DNA from: Zygnema circumcarinatum SAG 698-1b
Lineage: Eukaryota > Plantae > Zygnematophyceae
Reading direction: 5' to 3'
Length of the DNA: 64,000 bases
NCBI GenBank assembly: GCA_037447605.1
Contig: CM074812.1
Span: forward strand, 2,108,001 to 2,172,000
The notes beneath the pieces were generated by a model that made no database searches, was not told the origin of the DNA, and saw only the letters and a list, made by a program, of their open reading frames with translations. The position numbers and the translations under genes are program-made. This document shows, in pieces, positions 59,875 through 64,000 of the stretch (position 1 is the first letter of the stretch; each line of letters opens with the position of its first letter).

Positions 59875-62359
59875 AGGGACGGGAAGGTATGTCTGCCATT
59901 CATGTTTTGACAGCCACTTCTTATGGATGGTATTAGTTACTGCTGCATGCATATAGAGAGCTTTGCGCTTCTAGTGTTGATTATAAGTGGTTCGAAGCAT
60001 TTATTCAGGTAGGGTTTGTAGGGTTGCAAGATTTTATGGTTTTTAGCGTTGCAGGGATTAAAGTTTTAGGGTTGAAGGGATTATGGTTTTAAGGCTAAGA
60101 GTTAGGGTTTCTGAAACCCCTTAAGCCCAATTATTCATTAATGTTTATTTAAGTTTACTATATATATATAAAGTAATAAAAAACATACTTTTCGATTGAT
60201 TCAAATCATGAGTATTATTTTTGCGATACTGTGTTTCAGTTGTATGAAGACACCCACAAGGAAATAAATTGTTGTATAAGAAAAAATACCTAAACCTAAG
60301 CTTCTGCTTTCCTGTGTATCTCGCATGCATGCATGCATGCATGGCATCCATCGCATACCCATGCTTGCTCGCATGCATGTCCTTGAACCACCCTCATCCT
60401 TTCCCGACAGGGCCGGATCCGGGACTTAAGTTCAAGGGGGGCCGACCAATGAGTTGGAAAAGCTCCACATTCAAAGGCGCCGCGGCTCGATCGGAGACGG
60501 GGCAGGAAACGGACGGCGGCGAATCGCCGAAGGACGTCAGGCGAGCGGTCCGCCGTTGGATGCTCTAGCCTGAGGGCCGCTCCATGTGACTCGCTCCGTT
60601 ATTCTGGACGGTAGTTTCGCAGTCCCGCATGGCAGTCACACGTGTGAGACGTCCCCTCCGGCGTCTCTCAAATTTGACGAAGACTTTACTGGCTTCGAAA
60701 TGCTCCTGATTTGGATTTTCTTTCAGATTGACAAACCCTAGTACGAAAAATCAGGATGCCACGTGTCACTATAGGTCATGTGGCAAATCGCCATTCGCTG
60801 TCGTGAATGGATCTAGGGTATTTGAGAATCTGAAAAACCCTGAAATGACGTCAGCATGCCCCTGGGACCACCCCATTGGTCAAGTTCAGATTTGAGATGT
60901 GCAGTCAGCGAACTGCTGTGCGCCGTTCGTGCTTGTCAATCTTTAGCCTTTTTCGAAACTAGTACTATTTACATCGCGGCTGTGAGTTACAACGCGGAAA
61001 GCGAGTACTAATTTTCATAAGGGTGAAGGATGAAAGCTGGATTTCCCTGAACCCTCCTGGGCTTCCCCTCCACGCCCCCCCCCCCCCNNNNNNNNNNGAG
61101 AGAGAGAGAGAGAGGGAGGGAGGGACGGGAAGGTATGTCTGCCATTCATGTTTTGACAGCCACTTCTTATGGATGGTATTAGTTACTGCTGCATGCATAT
61201 AGAGAGCTTTGCGCTTCTAGTGTTGATTATAAGTGGTTCGAAGCATTTATTCAGGTAGGGTTTGTAGGGTTGCAAGATTTTATGGTTTTTAGCGTTGCAG
61301 GGATTAAAGTTTTAGGGTTGAAGGGATTATGGTTTTAAGGCTAAGAGTTAGGGTTTCTGAAACCCTTAAGCCCAATTATTCATTAATGTTTATTTAAGTT
61401 TACTATATATATATAAAGTAATAAAAAACATACTTTTCGATTGATTCAAATCATGAGTATTATTTTTGCGATACTGTGTTTCAGTTGTATGAAGACACCC
61501 ACAAGGAAATAAATTGTTGTATAAGAAAAAATACCTAAACCTAAGCTTCTGCTTTCCTGTGTATCTCGCATGCATGCATGCATGCATGGCATCCATCGCA
61601 TACCCATGCTTGCTCGCATGCATGTCCTTGAACCACCCTCATCCTTTCCCGACAGGGCCGGATCCGGGACTTAAGTTCAAGGGGGGCCGACCAATGAGTT
61701 GGAAAAGCTCCACATTCAAAGGCGCCGCGGNNNNNNNNNNATTCAAAGGCGCCGCGGCTCGATCGGAGACGGGGCAGGAAACGGACGGCGGCGAATCGCC
61801 GAAGGACGTCAGGCGAGCGGTCCGCCGTTGGATGCTCTAGCCTGAGGGCCGCTCCATGTGACTCGCTCCGTTATTCTGGACGGTAGTTTCGCAGTCCCGC
61901 ATGGCAGTCACACGTGTGAGACGTCCCCTCCGGCGTCTCTCAAATTTGACGAAGACTTTACTGGCTTCGAAATGCTCCTGATTTGGATTTTCTTTCAGAT
62001 TGACAAACCCTAGTACGAAAAATCAGGATGCCACGTGTCACTATAGGTCATGTGGCAAATCGCCATTCGCTGTCGTGAATGGATCTAGGGTATTTGAGAA
62101 TCTGAAAAACCCTGAAATGACGTCAGCATGCCCCTGGGACCACCCCATTGGTCAAGTTCAGATTTGAGATGTGCAGTCAGCGAACTGCTGTGCGCCGTTC
62201 GTGCTTGTCAATCTTTAGCCTTTTTCGAAACTAGTACTATTTACATCGCGGCTGTGAGTTACAACGCGGAAAGCGAGTACTAATTTTCATAAGGGTGAAG
62301 GATGAAAGCTGGATTTCCCTGAACCCTCCTGGGCTTCCCCTCCACGCCCCCCCCCCCCC
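59850..62359. repeat. ~1.25-kb near-identical direct duplication flanking N gaps
   Basis: About 59850-61087 is repeated at 61098-62359. Probably an assembly artefact. Confidence 0.88.
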
Positions 62360-62496
62360 ACAGAGCGCCGTGAATCCTCCAAGCTTTTTCCCCAAACCTT
62401 AAACCCAGAAACCCATCTCTTACGAAACAAAAAAAAAAAATCCGAAGGAAATAAATGAGCAGCGAATGAAAGCCTGGACCCTCAGAAAGTCAGAAC

Positions 62497-62638
62497 CTTA
62501 AACCCTAAAGCTTAGACCCTAAACCCTGAACTTCAAACTTTGAACCTTAATTCCTAAACGCTAAACCTGAAACCCTAAATCTTAAACCCTAAACCTTAAA
62601 CCCTAAACCTTAAATCCTGAACCCCAAACCCTAAACCC
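62497..62638. repeat. Telomere-like (CCCTAAA) array immediately upstream of the RAP gene
   Basis: Degenerate aaaccct/aaacctt heptamers ending about 18 bp before ATG 62656. Confidence 0.85.
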
Positions 62639-62655
62639 TCCGGTGGACTTTTTCG

Positions 62656-64000
62656 ATGTCTCTCCTCCCTCTCCCGCTCTCTGCGCGATGCGGGGTACTG
62701 CCACGTGGCTGCCAGCCAGCCAATTGGGAGCAGAGATCTGCCACGTGGCGGCTGCTGAAGCCGCCAGCGAGGCAGGCCCTTGCCAAGTGGCAGTTCGCTC
62801 TGAACCCTAAAAGCGGCGGGGCCGACCAAAGGGATTCGAAGGAAGACGGGGAGGATCGGCCAATGGCCCGCCGCCATGTGGCAGCGAGTCCGAGGGTTCA
62901 GGGAATTCCAGAATGGATACATCGCGCTCGGCTTTCGGCAGAGCGTGTGGCGGAGGCGAGGGGCTTGGAGGTACCCATTTCGAAAAGGAGGGATCGGAGA
63001 AAGCAGAAGAAGAAGACAGTAGTGGGAGCGAAGGCGAAGGAGAGCAAGGAGGGAGGGAAGGAGAGAGAACGGGAGGGGGAGAGGGAGAGGGAGAGAGAGG
63101 GGGGGAGGGAGAAGGAAAGAGTGAGGGAGGGGGGGACGGGGAAGGGAAGAGAGAGAGTGGGGGAGAGAGAGAGGGAGAGGGAGGGGAACCCTAAAGCCTT
63201 AAACCGTGAAGGGGAGAGCGCTGCAACCTTGCTGAGGTATAGAGGGGGCGAGGAGGAGGAAGATTGGGAGGAAGACGGGGAGGAGGGGGAGTGGGAGGAA
63301 GCGGGAGAGAAGGGGTTTTGGGGGGAGGGAGACGAGGGAGCTGGCTTGAGGGAGGGTTCAGGGAAGAAGAATTCAGGGTTGAGAGATGGACTGGAGGCTC
63401 TGAAGGAGCAGCTGCAGGCGAGGTGGAGGGAGGAGGGAAGGGAGGAGGGGGTTGGGGTTTGGAGGGGTTCAAAGGATGGGAGTGAAGTTGGAAGAGGAGG
63501 AAGTAGTGGGGCTAAAGCCTCAGAATGGGAGGGAGGAGGCGAGGGAGAAAGAGGGAAGGTGGATAGGGGAGTTGGGGAGAGAGAGGAGTGGGAGGAGGGG
63601 AGGAAAAGGCGGAACGGTAGGAGGGAGGAGGTGGAGGACGGGGAGGAGGGGGAGAGAGTGGAGGAGAGAAGACAAGTAAGAGGGGGTTGGGAGAGAAAGG
63701 AGTGGGAGAGTGAGGAGGAGGATAAGGAGGAGGAGGGAGAGAAGAGGTATACAGAGCTTCGGAGGAGGAGAGAGCCTCGAAAAATGAAAAGCAGCCATTT
63801 TTCCGTGAATCGAAAAATTGTGGAAGCTTCCAATTTGGAGGAGCTCCTTGAAGTGATTTCCTGCGAAACTGAAGCGGAGTTCTATGTGGGGGTTCAGCTC
63901 TCTCCTGTGAATGCAGCGACGGCTCTTCACCGGCTCGCCCAACACATGGAAACCCTAAAACTGACCCGCATGGAACGGCTCTCCGTTGCCCGTAAACTTC
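62656..64000 (+). CDS. RAP: Chloroplast RAP-domain/OPR RNA-binding protein, 5' part (runs off the window)
   Basis: The frame from ATG 62656 is open to the window end (absent from the ORF track because it has no stop). It ends VNRKIVEASNLEELLEVI...LSPVNAATALHRLAQHMETL...RLSVARKL, matching the recalled plant RAP motif LSPLNIATALHRIAKNME. Confidence 0.82.
   Translation, partial: MSLLPLPLSARCGVLPRGCQPANWEQRSATWRLLKPPARQALAKWQFALNPKSGGADQRDSKEDGEDRPMARRHVAASPRVQGIPEWIHRARLSAERVAEARGLEVPISKRRDRRKQKKKTVVGAKAKESKEGGKEREREGEREREREGGREKERVREGGTGKGRERVGEREREREGNPKALNREGESAATLLRYRGGEEEEDWEEDGEEGEWEEAGEKGFWGEGDEGAGLREGSGKKNSGLRDGLEALKEQLQARWREEGREEGVGVWRGSKDGSEVGRGGSSGAKASEWEGGGEGERGKVDRGVGEREEWEEGRKRRNGRREEVEDGEEGERVEERRQVRGGWERKEWESEEEDKEEEGEKRYTELRRRREPRKMKSSHFSVNRKIVEASNLEELLEVISCETEAEFYVGVQLSPVNAATALHRLAQHMETLKLTRMERLSVARKL

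Noticed and set aside
59850-62359. Tandem duplication and its small ORFs
   Set aside because: Same gap-flanking artefact pattern; the ORFs have no recognisable motifs.
62898-63945. Minus-strand 311-aa and 141-aa ORFs
   Set aside because: Antisense shadows of the purine-rich RAP exon.

Overview
Eukaryotic nuclear DNA from a green plant, most likely a streptophyte alga (inferred from land-plant-like gene homologues, GT-AG introns, TTTAGGG-type repeats and GA/CT-rich introns). It is a draft assembly with N gaps and some locally noisy sequence. Host genes, with exons read by hand: 3' end of CYPRO4/DEM (VID27 family, +), HHL1 (-), an ASHH2/SDG8-like SET methyltransferase (+, 19 exons), a TOM1-like VHS-GAT protein (-), a mitochondrial uncoupling protein (+, 3' end lost in a gap), an R2R3-MYB (-) and the 5' part of a chloroplast RAP/OPR protein (+). 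45.5-59.7 kb is an intronless Copia-Gag/multi-pass-membrane fusion ORF split by three nested LTR elements: a TRIM with tRNA-like LTRs, a Copia inside it, and a Gypsy/chromovirus inside that. The most unusual structure is in UCP intron 2: about 37 extra tandem copies of the exon's last 16 codons plus its splice donor plus a telomere-like spacer, in which every recurrent variant is synonymous. All homology calls come from recalled protein motifs, not database searches.
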